Positions 1 to 12,376 of a DNA stretch of 64,000 nucleotides are shown one piece after another. The stretch lies in NCBI GenBank assembly GCA_048772705.1, contig JBLWGC010000121.1, forward strand, positions 124,001 to 188,000. Reading direction: 5' to 3'. Source of the stretch: Leidyana gryllorum EB-2025a (Eukaryota; Protista; Apicomplexa). The notes beneath the pieces are model-generated. The model made no database searches, was not told where the DNA came from, and was given only the letters and a program-made list of their open reading frames with translations. Every line of letters starts with the position of its first letter. The first letter of the stretch is position 1. A program made the translations under genes and the position numbers.

Positions 1-1083
1 AGCTGGAGAGGAGACCGAGGGGAAGAGTAAGCCAAAAAAGAAGAAGAGAAAGATTGAGGAGCACAAGCGGGATGCGGATCGTTCGATCAAGCGACGATTG
101 AATGAAGACGTGCAGTTCATAAAGAAAGAGTGTCTCAATTGTCGGACGTTCGGCCACGTTTTGGCTAATTGCCCAGAGTTACATCAGAAGGGGCAGTCGT
201 TGCATAGGGCTGCGGCCACATGTTGGCGGTGTGGATCGACCGATCACAGTTTGACAAACTGTCCAACACCAGCGGACGCCGAGGTAAGGCCCGGAGTGGT
301 TTGTGTGTCTTAGGTACCGGTTATTGTGCAGAATTCGTTACCGTTTGCGGTGTGTTTCGTTTGCAATGAGAAGGGTCACCTGGCGGCAAAGTGTTCGATG
401 AATCCGAATGGTAAGTGTTGGTGTGGTGCTGAGGAGACTTAAGTGATACGGCCCACTTAGGTATCTATCCCAAGGGTGGATCGTGTTTCCGGTGCGGGTC
501 AATCTATCATTTGGCGGTTGATTGTACGATGAGGAATGAGAAGATTGCTGAAAAGCGCCAGAATCGTCAGGATAAAAGACATCGGGAATCAGCGGATAAG
601 AAAAAGGACAATCCTTCTTCGGGTAACACTCAAGCGCCCCGGCCGAAGCCTCAGGGGAGCAAAGACACTACTGAGGGAGGTGCTGCTGGTGAGAACAAAG
701 AATGGAAGCGTCCCCGCGGTACTCGCGGCGGGAAGCGCGTCCAGGAGCAGAGAGCCATGGCTGCAACTGGGGCCAACTCCGTGGGAGTTGGAGTCGCCAA
801 GTTCAACGCTGCATCCGAACACCGTCAAGCTCGTCGTGATAACAAGAGTGACCGCTTCAACAAGGGTGATCGCTCAAGCGGACCCTTCAAGAGCAGACAC
901 GGAGACGGCGATGGTAAACAGTTCTCTGGTCGTCGACGCTTTGGCGGGGGCGACGGCAAAGAGTCTTCTGGGCGTCGGAAATTTGGCGCCGGAGACAGGA
1001 AAGGAGGACCTCCGACGAATGGTCGTCGGGGCGGAGACAGCCGAAAGCCTTCCGGGAACAAACGGTTCTTTGGTCAATCATAA
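1..1083 (+). CDS. ZCCHC9: Zinc-knuckle (CCHC x4) protein, ZCCHC9-like, 5' partial; introns 284-331 and 411-460
   Basis: Spliced reading gives CLNCRTFGHVLANC, CWRCGSTDHSLTNC, FAVCFVCNEKGHLAAKCSMNPNGIYPKGGSCFRCGSIYHLAVDC. The FA-C-F-V-C...NP.G.YP.GG.C pattern is typical of ZCCHC9. The C-terminus is basic and R/G-rich. Both GT..AG introns restore the frame. Confidence 0.8.
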
Positions 1084-3826
1084 ACAGAGCTTCCCATTGA
1101 AGAAGAACGCAAGGAACTGCGGTTTGATCGAGAGACGATAGAGGAAGAGACATCGCAGCAGAAACAGGAACGACACAAAGGCCCCTGGGGCAAAGACGAA
1201 CCAGAAGAGCCGAACAAAGTCGCGCGGGAACACCAGAATGAACTCTTCTCTCATCGAATTGGTCAAACCGGACAACGAGGAGACCCCAAACGGTATCAGG
1301 AAGAATCTCAATATCATTCTGCAAACACAAAAGCGGAAGATATATACACACACACTTTGGCGCAGCACACTTACCCATAGTCAATGATCGTCTCGTTCTC
1401 ATTCCAGTACAGCGGCAGAGAGAGGTCGGGGTGCAACAGTCTCCCGGGCCCGTGAGAAGATATCATGACGGGCTCTGTCGGCGGAGGCGATGAAGAACGC
1501 TGTTCAGTCTGAATGTCGAAGCTTTGACCCGGCTCGGTAGAGGCTACCGGCGCACAGAAGACTGACTCAATGGTGACGTTACTGTTCTCATCCAGTACGG
1601 TGGGTTGTGGTGGCAGCGGGGCGGCCATTGGAGGGGATAATTGCGGCTGAAGATACTGTGACTGGGAAGTGTCTTGACGAGGACTGGGAGTGAACTCCAT
1701 CGATTGGGTTTGACGCAATACGTCGCGAACAGAGTCTATGAATCGATCCCAGGCGCTTTGGTACGTCGACTTTTGTCTGCGAGCGGCGCGTCGCTCGAGC
1801 TGTTTCTTGCGTGTGCGGCTTAGGGGCCGTCGGAGTGCCCGATAGGCATTGGCATTGAGCCCGATACCCACCAGAGCTCCTGCTATGGCTGCACTGTACC
1901 ACACATTCATTGATGCTTGACTTCCAACCATTATGCAAATCTCGACCCAATATGTGGCGTAGGCCCACAGAATCAAACTCGGCAATTCTGTAATGACCAG
2001 AATGAGGCGCGGGAACGGTTTCAGCGGCCGCAAGGGCACTGAATCCATGTCATAACGCCATTTGTTTGCCGCGACTTTCTCATCGTTGGATGAACACACG
2101 TTCAAAATGGTCGCCGGCCCGCCGGAATCACCAAACGTTGCCGTTCCACCGAAAGCTCCATTCATTACTCTCTGTACATACACAGCAATCAGAAGAAAAT
2201 CAAACAAGCCCGTGCAAATCGAAGTCAACTTCGTCCACTCCGTGTCCGGCGTGTTCACACGTCACTGGACAATGCAAGCTTGGCAGCTCCATCTTGACCT
2301 TCTTCTTCCCAGTGTAACGATTCCGATCGCAATGGGGACAATAAAAGACATCTCGGCCATAGTAACCAGGCCACCACCGCTCGCCTAATTTCTCTCTGTA
2401 TGGTGGTTCAGCGGTACCCGACACTAATCGACTGAGCCAACTCTGCTCGGGCGGGGTAACTTCAGGGCCTTCCAGGACTGCATGCTGGAATCTCAGCCCA
2501 GCACAGTCCCAGCGATCGTATCCGCAGACATCGCGGCAGTGTATCAAACATTGGAACCGCTCTTTCATGGTGGACCGTGGACGTCTGGCGTGTTCAGCCG
2601 CTTTCGCAGCCGTTTTGGTTGGGGGCGGCGCCAGGACGCCATCCAAAAACGAATTGATCTTATCGATGCAGTAATTCCCAGTTTCCTGAGTCCCCTCCTC
2701 ACCCTCTGGAACCAAGTCTATAAATTCGGGGTGTTCGGGTTCGTCTACTAATAGGCCATCCAACACTCGGTTGATCCGATCCATCACCCGGTTCCCGGTG
2801 GGTTTCGTCGCAGGAATTGGGCGCTCCGGATACTGACCATCTCTTGGGTCGGGATAGATCGGATCAGGCACACACTCGGGCTCTGAGGCCGGTAGTGGAC
2901 CGCAGGTAGCGGCTACACAGTTGCCGAATGCCTCGACAGCTTCTCCGGTGGCCAGAAATCCCAGGCCAACGGTATCCTTGATCATCTCGAGCCACCCACC
3001 GCCGGTCCTGGGTGGTGGACGCCGCCGAGTGGGTCGCTTTCTCTCGCAGCACGAATTTGAGCGATGTGTGGCGCGGCCATCCAAACAGGTCGCTGTACCC
3101 AGGGGGGTCTGTGGTACGGGCCAGGGCGGCTGTACAGTCTTTGGTTTTGCAGAAAGGCAATTTGGGATAGTGAGCCCACAATTTGGTACATTTTTGAGCC
3201 CTCCGCCTGAGAGTGGCGGCCGACAACCGACCACATATCCGGGATCACGAGTTGCCACGTGTTTCACTATCAGCTCTGGCGGAGCGCGGGGTCGAGCTCG
3301 CCGTTGAGGCTGCAGGCTGCAGAGCGCAGGCGTTTGTGGGGTGAAGGGCGACGATCGAGACTCACTTGCATTTCTGGGTGATCAGACAGGGGCGGCTGGG
3401 ATGAGTGGAGTCGCAGGGAGGACATTCATAGGGTTCCACATTCTCGATTCCCATTTGCGGATCCTTCTGACAACACTGTAAGGCTGGAGGCAGAACGATG
3501 CGACGATTCGGATGACGTTTCATTTTGAGGTGACGATGATGGTGTGTGGGTGGTGGCGCCGGGGGTACAATGTGACTTGGTGGGCCTTCGGGCCATAGCG
3601 AGTGATGCAGTTCTAAGCGATCTCTCTCGAGGGGGGGTGGTAAAACTCCGATACGAGTTTCTGTGTGGTGATAAACTGAAGGTGTATGAAAACGATGATG
3701 CTGGTGCGGCAGTTGACACGGCCGACGGGTGTTCACATCCCTTGGGTGACCTTCCCGGACTATAACATTCTCTGCGACGGTATGAGCGTAGGCAGGGGAG
3801 GTCTGACTCGGTGTATGTGACTTCAT
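1078..3826 (-). CDS. Multi-exon hypothetical membrane protein (Pro-rich N-terminus, several hydrophobic segments at the C-terminus)
   Basis: ORFs 3362-3826 and 2200-3267 are joined in frame by intron 3317-3365. ORFs 1371-2258 and 1078-1368 are joined by intron 1319-1374. The junction near 2200-2300 is unresolved, so this could be two genes. Confidence 0.5.
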
Positions 3827-3883
3827 GCTACTTCGAGAGAATTCGACATATAATGAGAGATGTGTGCGTACACATGCATCATG

Positions 3884-5495
3884 TCAACATATCCGTTTGG
3901 CCACAGGCAGAACGCACGAAGCAAATGCATAGCCCAATTTGTAGAGGACATCGTCTACTTTGTCGAGTATCCGTCCGTGTCCTGCTCGGCTCCGTTGAGC
4001 AGTGGTACGGGGCGAGAAACCTTCGAGTGTACTGCCCGGGGCCTCAATTGTAGTCATATTTGGAGGACAACCCAAACTTTGGGATAACGCGTATACAGCC
4101 TTGTTGAACTCAAACAACACGGGCTCTGGCAATTCATGTTCCCCATCAAACTCTATCATTCGCACAGCGAGTCCTTGTCTCCGTAGAAAGCGTCGCAACC
4201 AACGCCCAACCCAAATGGGAATCACCCAATCCGATGTCCCATGGGCCATCAAGACAGGCACGTGACTGCAGAGAGTGATGAATAATATATTTCGGTCGAA
4301 ATTGAGCACTATCTCACCTCAGTTTGCTGCGGTTTGACGAGACGAGCTGTTTCCATCGATGCACACACATGGGCGCCCCACTGAAGACCCCAGTGAGAGC
4401 AGGCTGATCTTTCATTGTCAGAAATACATCGAGGGCCAACATGGCTCCCTGACTGAACCCAGCGACAACAACTTGGCGCGGAGGTATTTTATATGTTGAC
4501 TTGAGGGTATTTATGAGTCCGATGACCAGATTGGTTGCCACTTCTCGATCTTTCGGATTTTCGAGCCCGATCGTGGCACTCGCGGTACCGTCAACTGATT
4601 CACTCCGCCGGGCGTGACCCTTTTCGGGTACGCTCCTACGACCGCACAGACAGATCCCGTGTGATGGAGTCCCACCCGGCTCGGGAGTGAACTCGGGAGA
4701 CAAAGGGCACGAGAATAGGTGCATAATCTTCGATCCCGGGGTGCCAATTCGTGAAGCACTGCCGCTGTGCAACAAATTCATGTTTGGTCCCTGATGGATC
4801 AGTGGTGTTCGCACAGCTCCGTGAATCACACTCGGCTGAGGACTCCGCCATTCTTCGGTCCCAGTGTACCCGGGTATATTGGCACTCGCTGTGCGGTGAA
4901 TATTGTTGACTGGTTTGGGTGTCGCCAGATCTGTCGGACCGTTAAAGATGTCCCACCACTTGAAACTCCCATAACAAGAGTTCTCTATGGCCCCGAATTC
5001 CCCATTGGCCATTGCCACTGGAGCGAAAGGGAATATAAAAGCTACTCTAGGCAGTATTGGCCCTGGACCGCCTCCCGTGCTGGCCCCGTCAACCTGACTA
5101 CAGTCTTGGAAGAACAGCGGAGCGACTTTCAAGAAGTGCCAAGGTGACGCTCCCAACCCGTGGAGAAAGATAACGACCACTTGTGCTGCGTCGAAAGTTG
5201 TATTTGTATATACCACACATTCCAAATTCCCGAGACGCCTCTCGAACCGATGAGGCTCGTGTTCCAGTTCACGCGAATACAACCAATATAAATGGTCATT
5301 CTTCGTCACCACCACACCGCCCCTCTCCTCAAAGATAGACGCTCGGCTGGTGCTTCCCTCTGGTGATAAAGAGGCAACATCGATATGTCTTCTCTTCTGC
5401 AGCTGCGATACCGCTCTCGACAACTCTCGTTGCTGACTCGGAAGACCTATATATCTATCCCGCAGATAGTCATATATCTGCTGCACTGTAGCCAT
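3884..5495 (-). CDS. Phospholipase/carboxylesterase (acyl-protein thioesterase APT/LYPLA-like alpha/beta hydrolase); intron 4266-4317
   Basis: Motifs VIFLHGLG, FIFPFAP, WWDI, nucleophile GFSQGA, then HGTSDWVIP (Asp) and GEHEL (His) in the last exon. Confidence 0.85.
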
Positions 5496-5530
5496 TCAAC
5501 TCTCTCTATCGCTACTCAATTTTATATCCC

Positions 5531-8026
5531 TCAGTCATCCCCAAAAATCGCTTCATACAGCGGTTGGAAGTCCTTCATTTCGACCTCTTTCGCTGTCTTC
5601 ACCACCGCAACAGGACGTTGGGCCACAGGACTCGCCGCCCGTTCCACTGATCTCTCACCGGATACAAAGCTCGCCGCCACACCTGCCTCGCTCGCAGGTC
5701 TCCGAACCGCGCTGCTCGATGGAACTTTCGGCAATCTGAACGAATTCGTATATCCAACACAATTCTGCAGCATTCGCAGATACTCTGACATCTCCCTCCA
5801 CATCGTCTCTGTATCCTCATATGCGTTTGGACGACCTCCATACACCACTCCCATGGCTCGACACACCACGCGGTTCGGAACCCAGTTCCGTCTGAACCTT
5901 TGCGGCCGATACAGTCCGGTCACTTCATCAATCAGTGACGGGTCATCCGACTGATCTCTTCCACTGGTGTCCTGCGTGGCCCCGCCCGAGGTGAACCGGG
6001 TCTTCAGCGAGTCCCCTATCGAACAAGACACATCCACATTGTCCGCCCCACCCATCAAAGACAGCTTACGGAAATTGACCTGAGTATGAACCCCACCACC
6101 CGGAGGGACCCATAGTCCATCAGCCCGTGGCTTGTTGTCCACAGCCTCCAGTTTCCCGATGCCACTCGCTTCATCTGTCTTGGCTTTCTCAAGACTTCGA
6201 GCTGGGATGTGACGGGCTAGCGGGGGACGAGACTCATAGCTCTCTTGGTCGCGACGCCCGCTGCCACGAACCGGACGTGGACGATAGTTGGCCGGAGCCC
6301 TCACACTAACAGCCTGTCTCAACGCAACCCAATTAAACCCATTCGTCAGCAAATCACTGCTGGGCGAGATGAAACCCGGCAGACAATTCCGTTGAGCCAC
6401 CAGCTGTTTCATCTTCCGTTCAATCACATCCATAATGCCGTCCGGCTTCTCGCCTCCATCCGCATCTTCAGACTGACGACGCCTTCCCGACTTTGACCCC
6501 CGAACCTCGTCATCATCCGCTATCTCCAAATCATACTGCCCGGCATCGTCTTCGACATCCCCTTCTTCATCGTCATACCCCAACTTTTGCCGTCCGAGCC
6601 CCATTCCTCGTAACCCACGACGAGTGTCTCGCTCGTTTGCACCTCCGCGAGAGCGGCGGTCATCTCGCTGACTCAGAATTTGGCTTTTGACAGCCCGCAC
6701 GCCGCCTTGTTCATGACGTAACATCGTAGCCGCGCTCATACGAATTATATTGCTGGACCTATCTGCTGTCATCCGGTCCAACTGCTCGCCAGGAAGCTGC
6801 TCTGACACCTCAGGAACATAATTAGCCCCCCCTGCATACGCCACCAATGGACCAATACCGGCGGCTGACTCAGCGAGCGCAGTCTGTAAATCTGTACAGC
6901 CTAGTGAAAGGTTACAAAGTGGGAATCTCACCTGCTATGGGTAGTAAACTTGCACCAGAGCAATCCAGATCGAGCAGCGCCAATCTCTGCAGAGGGCCCT
7001 GCTCCAGCGCTAATGCTCGGGATATACCAGCCTCCCGACTTCCAACGCCTCCATAGTCCATATGAGGATTCCTCAATAGGTGGAGCAAACTTCTGACACT
7101 CGCTCCTGTCACTACGTTACGATTCCGCAGGTTCCGCGTCTCTTCAACGACTACGTCTCCGGATGGGCTAAACGCATCATTTGACCGAAGTGCAGCGAAC
7201 TCAGTCGGAAGTTGGGGGCCTATTCGTCGTCTTTTACCGTCAGATTCCCCGCAGACCGCATCAGTTTCACTTTTATATCCTGCCGTCTCAGTTCTAAGCA
7301 GAGCCGCGCTTCCACTCGCCCGCCTCTTCCTCCTAGCGAGCAAACGTTGAAAAGCCGTATCGTTCGGCAGCATTCGAATATCTCCTCGCACAATGTTCAA
7401 CGCGTCGAGCAACTTTGCTCCGATACCGGCACCCGTCACCGCCTGGGAAACGGAGACCTCCAGCAGTTCTGCCAGCGCACTCGTCGCGGATTTCTCAGGA
7501 GCCGGTAAGGCTCGTGAACGCGTACTATCCGCTTCCCAGGGTAGTGCACTCGGTTCAATGGCTTGATGTGCGGGAGCTGCTCCGCGAGCAGCTGATTCAC
7601 GCAGTGCTAACAAGTCTTCCTCATCAGCATAGTCGCTGATTCGCTGACGTGCTTGCAGACCTGAGAGAACAGCCATTATCCCTGTCCCACACACCAAATC
7701 GTACCTCGGGTATGACGGCTGGACTGGAAGTGCGAAGGGGCCCAGCCCTGCTCCGATCCCACACTATTGAAGTATCCTGCCGAGAAACCTCCGGTGAAAG
7801 CGCCGTGAAAGCGTTTACGACCTCTCTCATCGGTAACTGTGCCAAACGCAGCATCTCGAACGCCTGCCGCCTCGATAGCGCCTCTTTGTCTTCCACTAAC
7901 GTTTTCAAAGCGACGTAAGTCCCCTATTGTCCTGGGTCGCCTTCCTGCTTCATCCAAGCCTATTTCATCGATATCGAAGTCATGAAGCACTTGACCAAGA
8001 GGCTTGAGCCGGGCTACCTCCTTCAT
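5531..8026 (-). CDS. GPATCH1: G-patch domain protein 1 / TOUGH-like splicing-associated factor, multi-exon
   Basis: [39 protein letters not shown] (DUF1604-type signature), [27 protein letters not shown] and C-terminal PLYEAIF. Internal intron boundaries were only partly resolved. Confidence 0.85.
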
Positions 8027-8090
8027 ATTGATTATTTGTCGCGTTTTCGGGTAGGAGGCTGAGAAAGCATGTTCAGAAGGGGGCTGCAAC

Positions 8091-8629
8091 TCACAAATTC
8101 ACCAAGTTAGTGTAGTCTACAGCTGTTCCATTGTCCACGAGGAAGTCACTGAGGGCGTGCATGTTAGGAATATGGGGGTTCCACCCACCCAATCAATGCA
8201 TTGAATTCAGCTGGTGTCAGACGTTCCCCACATGACGTGAAGACGTTGTATGCAACCTTGAGTGGTATATGTCCCGAGCGCTGGGCGGAAGAATTGTTGA
8301 CCAGGGGATGATTGCAGGTGGCCTACCCCTACATCAAGATAATGGAAGATTTTGATCAAGTTGCCATATGTATCCTCTGGATGCACTAGAGTGGTGGTAA
8401 CCCATCTTTCGAAGTCCTCAAAAGTGACTCTATCGCCACAGTTTATACGGAGCAAGTCCGCATCACCACGGGAGGGTGCGGCATATGCCAGCCTGGCAAC
8501 TTTCAATGCCTCGTCTATGCTGAGGATACCATGTTGACCCTGAAAGTACACATCGAGGGGTTATGTAGCGGGCGAATCACTAACTGCAGCACGTGAAAAC
8601 AGGATTCGCAGTGCTTGACCTCTTATCAT
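8091..8629 (-). CDS. Myosin light chain, MLC1/MTIP (myosin A tail-interacting protein) family, short form; about 4 exons
   Basis: Spliced: [15 protein letters not shown]|[23 protein letters not shown]...[12 protein letters not shown]...[20 protein letters not shown]|[30 protein letters not shown]|[17 protein letters not shown]. From recall this parallels PfMTIP ARKLGLAPS and TgMLC1 HPED...GEPLTTEEFNAL. The 3' end could splice further. Confidence 0.75.
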
Positions 8630-8718
8630 TTTTGAACTCCTTTTTGCCACACACGTGTGCTGATTAGAGACTCCACTGATCTGACAGCAGGCGATCTTGG
8701 GTGATTCCCTGGGTCATC

Positions 8719-10419
8719 ATGGTGATGCAGAAAGTACGCGCGTCTTCGTATCTGCGCCGGACGATCTCCGAGCCGTTCCCAGGTCGACGATTATCTACCG
8801 TAATATCGCAAGTTCCCGAGACGGTGATGCCTGGGATGGGGGCTCATAACAATTTGATCCCAAGGGCTCCGTCAATTGGGCCGATTATCGAAAATGAGAA
8901 GCCGCAATATACCTGGAGGACCGATATGATTGGTTTACAATCGATGTTATACTCATAGTAGGCATTTTGGCTGTGTGTGTCGATGGCTAACTCGTCCGCA
9001 GTTATAATGTCCTACTTGTCTTCTGTCCGCTTGGATTAATATCAGCACGCCATGGATGGGGAGACTTATGGACTTTTTGGTTCAACTTCTTCGCTCTCAT
9101 CCCACTGGCTGGTATATTGGGGTCTTGCACGGAAGAATTGGCGCTTCACGCCGGAGGTAATGATGATACAGATCTATGGCTCAGACGTGAAATGATGAGT
9201 TCAGATACCGTGGGCGGACTCATAAATGCGACTTTCGGGAATGCCGTGGAAATGATTTTGACTGTCCAATCGCTGCGACTGGTAGGTCAATGAAAGTCCT
9301 GATTTGGATCGAACGAGCACTGTTTCGGTGCGCAGGGCCTTCTGGCTGTTGTTCAGGGAACTCTGTTGGGGAGTATCCTCTCCAATCTGCTTTTGGTGTT
9401 GGGAATGGCGTTTTTTGCTGGAGGGTTGTTCCATCATGTGCAGAAATTCAATGCACAGGGCGCAGCTTGCTCGACGTCTTTGCTGATGTTGGCGTGCTTA
9501 GCCTTCATCACTCCAACTGTAACGGCCTCCGACGAAGATTCCAAGTCGGGCGTTGTTTTGACGGTTTCGCGATTTACTGCAGTGCTCATTGCCATCACAT
9601 ATTTCCTCTACCTATGTTTCCAACTTTACACCCATCTGTCCCTATTCAAGGACGACAGCTGTGGCGATCTGGGTGAGCTTATCAAGAGTCCTATGATTTC
9701 TGAGCGTTGTGCACGTCCTCTGGTCTGTTGTTGTGACATTGGGCTGGTGCCCCTTCCTCCCCCTCCTCCCCCTTCATGATGTCGGGAACCTTCTATTGAC
9801 AGAGTATGAAGATTGCGAGGATTGGCCATCGCTCTCTTTTGGCACGAGTATGATGGCGCTGTTCGCTATCACACTGATCATTAGTATGCAATCGGGTGAG
9901 TGTCGCGATTGGTTGTGATCACATACATGGCGTCACGTACCGTGCAGAATGTTTGGTCAGTTCAATTGAAGGTGTCTCGCAAAACAGTGGCATCCCCGAA
10001 GCGTTTATCGGTGTCATCCTTCTGCCGATAGTGGGGAACGCTGCCGAGCACGCCACGGCCGTGACCGTTGCCATAAAGAACAAACCCGACCTGACTATGG
10101 GGGTGGCAGTGGGTTCCTCAACACAGGTTAGTGATATTTGTGGACCGGTGTGGGTTTAAGATCCCATCAGATCGCCATGTTCATGGTACCCTTCGCCGTG
10201 TTGGCCGGCTGGGCGATGGACATTCCTATGACGTTGGCGTTCAGTAAGGTGGCCGTGGTGGTCCTGACCTTCTCTATCCTGATCGTCATCGGGGTGGTAC
10301 AAGATGGAGAATCCAACTGGTTGGAGGGTGTGATGCTGATGGTAGCCTATTGTATCATAGCGGGGGTTTTCTGGTTTGATGGGAGTGTGAGCATGAGCGC
10401 CCCCACGGATTTACATTAA
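8719..10419 (+). CDS. CAX: Ca2+/H+ exchanger (CAX/VCX1 family), multi-exon
   Basis: TEELALH, GGLINATFGNAVEMI, LLGSILSNLLLVLGMAFFAGG, GVILLPIVGNAAEHATAV, GVAVGSSTQ and SNWLEGVML (alpha-1/alpha-2 repeats of CAX). Confidence 0.92.
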
Positions 10420-10475
10420 GGAGTAAGTTTAGTCCACATACAGCGCTACTGTTCATGGCATAGAATAGATAAAAA

Positions 10476-10798
10476 TCACCGCCAAGATACGCCTCTGTGC
10501 ACAGTCGACAAATATCTCCTTCCGTGCTTGTCCAAGAACTGATCCTGACAGAAAGGCGGCTTCTCCTGGTGGTGTCCGCGATGTTCGCAGATCTCCCTCA
10601 TCAGGTGCCACCGGGCGTCTTTCTGCAGACACACACACGCATATATCTAATGAGCCGCAGGAACAAGACGAGGCAACAAACGAATAGCTCGTGGACTCAC
10701 AGAGCACGCACACACACAGATACGCGCATATCGGCTGGATGATGGAATGCTCTCATATACGCACAACTCAAACAAGACAACGACCACGCACACACACA

Positions 10799-10831
<33 letters not shown>

Positions 10832-12302
10832 ACACCCGGGCGCCGAACACACCAAGTTAGGGAGATTGCGGACGCACAGTGCGGATGGACCACTTTCCGC
10901 CAGTCGACACACGCAGGCACGGCACACACATATATATACACACGTCCACACATATACACACTTCGCCCAAGGTCTCCACCACGACACACTCAAACAAATC
11001 CATATACACACACATGGACGCGAAGACGGACGAGCAGACGAGCAGAGGGGGCAAGGATGTTGTTCAGTGTGGGATATAGATTTGTGAGCCCTCCTTTCCA
11101 CCCCCCGTCCCCCAAGTTGCCCATTTGTTTGAGTGAGTGAATGTATCCACTTACTATATACTGTCCATTGACTTCGACCCACGGTACTGATGAGGAGGGA
11201 AAGTGGTTTAAATTGGTAATCTCAATCAAAGTGCCTCTCTTACCGAACTCATGCTTGGATTTGGCGACTCGTTCGGTCACTTCGTCAACGATGGCATCCT
11301 CCTGAGATAACAGAAACGCAAGGTTTGGCAATAGGTCGGTTTCTGACCTTGAGACATGGAGCGATTTTAACCTGGTCCGCGTCAGAAATGCACTTGTCGT
11401 TCATTTGTTCGATAGATTCGTTCTGTACGCGGGTGTGCTTTTGTCGATCCCACTACTCACGCTGTGATATATGGTGCAGACTGTGGCGTTGAAAGAGCGC
11501 TTGCCACCGACATCACGAAGAAGACATGCCTGAGAGAGCTCAGTGTTGATCCTCGATTGGCGGGTGGCCCTCCTTACGTGCAAGTGGTTGAGTTCACACT
11601 CCTTTGGACCATGCTGCGCGAAAACAGGAATCTTCTTTGTCCTTCCCCTGATGACTCTCCGCTCACCTGACACTCCACCTCCCCCTTATCATTCCACCTG
11701 AAGTTTCCGAAGGGAAGGAATTCGAAGATCATATTGAAGATGCTGAAAGGTCTCCATAGACCGTAGGGTGTACCATCGATTGCTTTGTCTGTGAAATTAT
11801 CGGGAATCCACTTAACGACGTTCCACAAAGTGGTGACCATGAAGAGACGACTGAAAGGACAGAGTGCATCATAGACTACGCTGACTCGCACTGGACCAGA
11901 GTCTTCCGACTCAGTCGTTGAGGTAGTACCCGGCTCCTCCACCTCCTCCAGATTCTTCTCTCCGTCTGATCCGGCGGCAGCCGGCTGGGTCTGCCGATCG
12001 CCGTCATCCTCCTTGTAGGCCATCGGGAGGTCCTCGTCGCTCTCCCCTTCAGTAGTGGTGGTGCCAGACGCTGACGACGGCTTGTCGTCCTCGGACTCTT
12101 CATTAACTTCCGTCTCAACTGTGTTTCCCTCCTGGTCAACCACCACAGTGCTCCAGTGACGTGTCCTTGGGGGGCTGGAAGTGGGCTCTTCAGGCGGAAA
12201 GCAGCTGCAGCTGCAGGTGAACCCGGAAGTTTCGTCAGTAAACGTGCCTGAACCCCCAAAGGCCTCCAAAGCAGCGAGCCCGACTAGCAATAGACTGCGC
12301 AT
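10476..12302 (-). CDS. GILT (gamma-interferon-inducible lysosomal thiol reductase)-like secreted protein, multi-exon
   Basis: Signal peptide, VSVVYDALCPFS (CxxS), LPFGN, ECQHGPKECELNHLHACL (GILT signature CQHGxxECxxNxxxxC), VPWVEVNG, and last exon LMREICEHRGHHQEKPPFC after intron 10623-11154. Confidence 0.85.
10628..11012. repeat. (CA)n/(CT)n/(TA)n microsatellite-rich low-complexity tract in the large GILT intron
   Basis: Runs of acacac, ctctct and tatata are visible, e.g. 10787-10835. Confidence 0.8.
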
Positions 12303-12376
12303 ATATGTGTGAGTCCCACGCCTGACCGGCCGACCGACTCACTACCGCCTCTTCCTTCCAATGCTTCCCTAAACTA

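Noticed and set aside
2259-2390. In-frame TGA upstream of ORF 1371-2258 as possible selenocysteine/readthrough
   Set aside because: There is no redox motif or SECIS evidence; an unresolved short intron is the simpler explanation.
10453-11331. Many overlapping short ORFs rich in HT/CV/RE
   Set aside because: They are mostly translations of dinucleotide microsatellites in the GILT intron, plus partial GILT exons.
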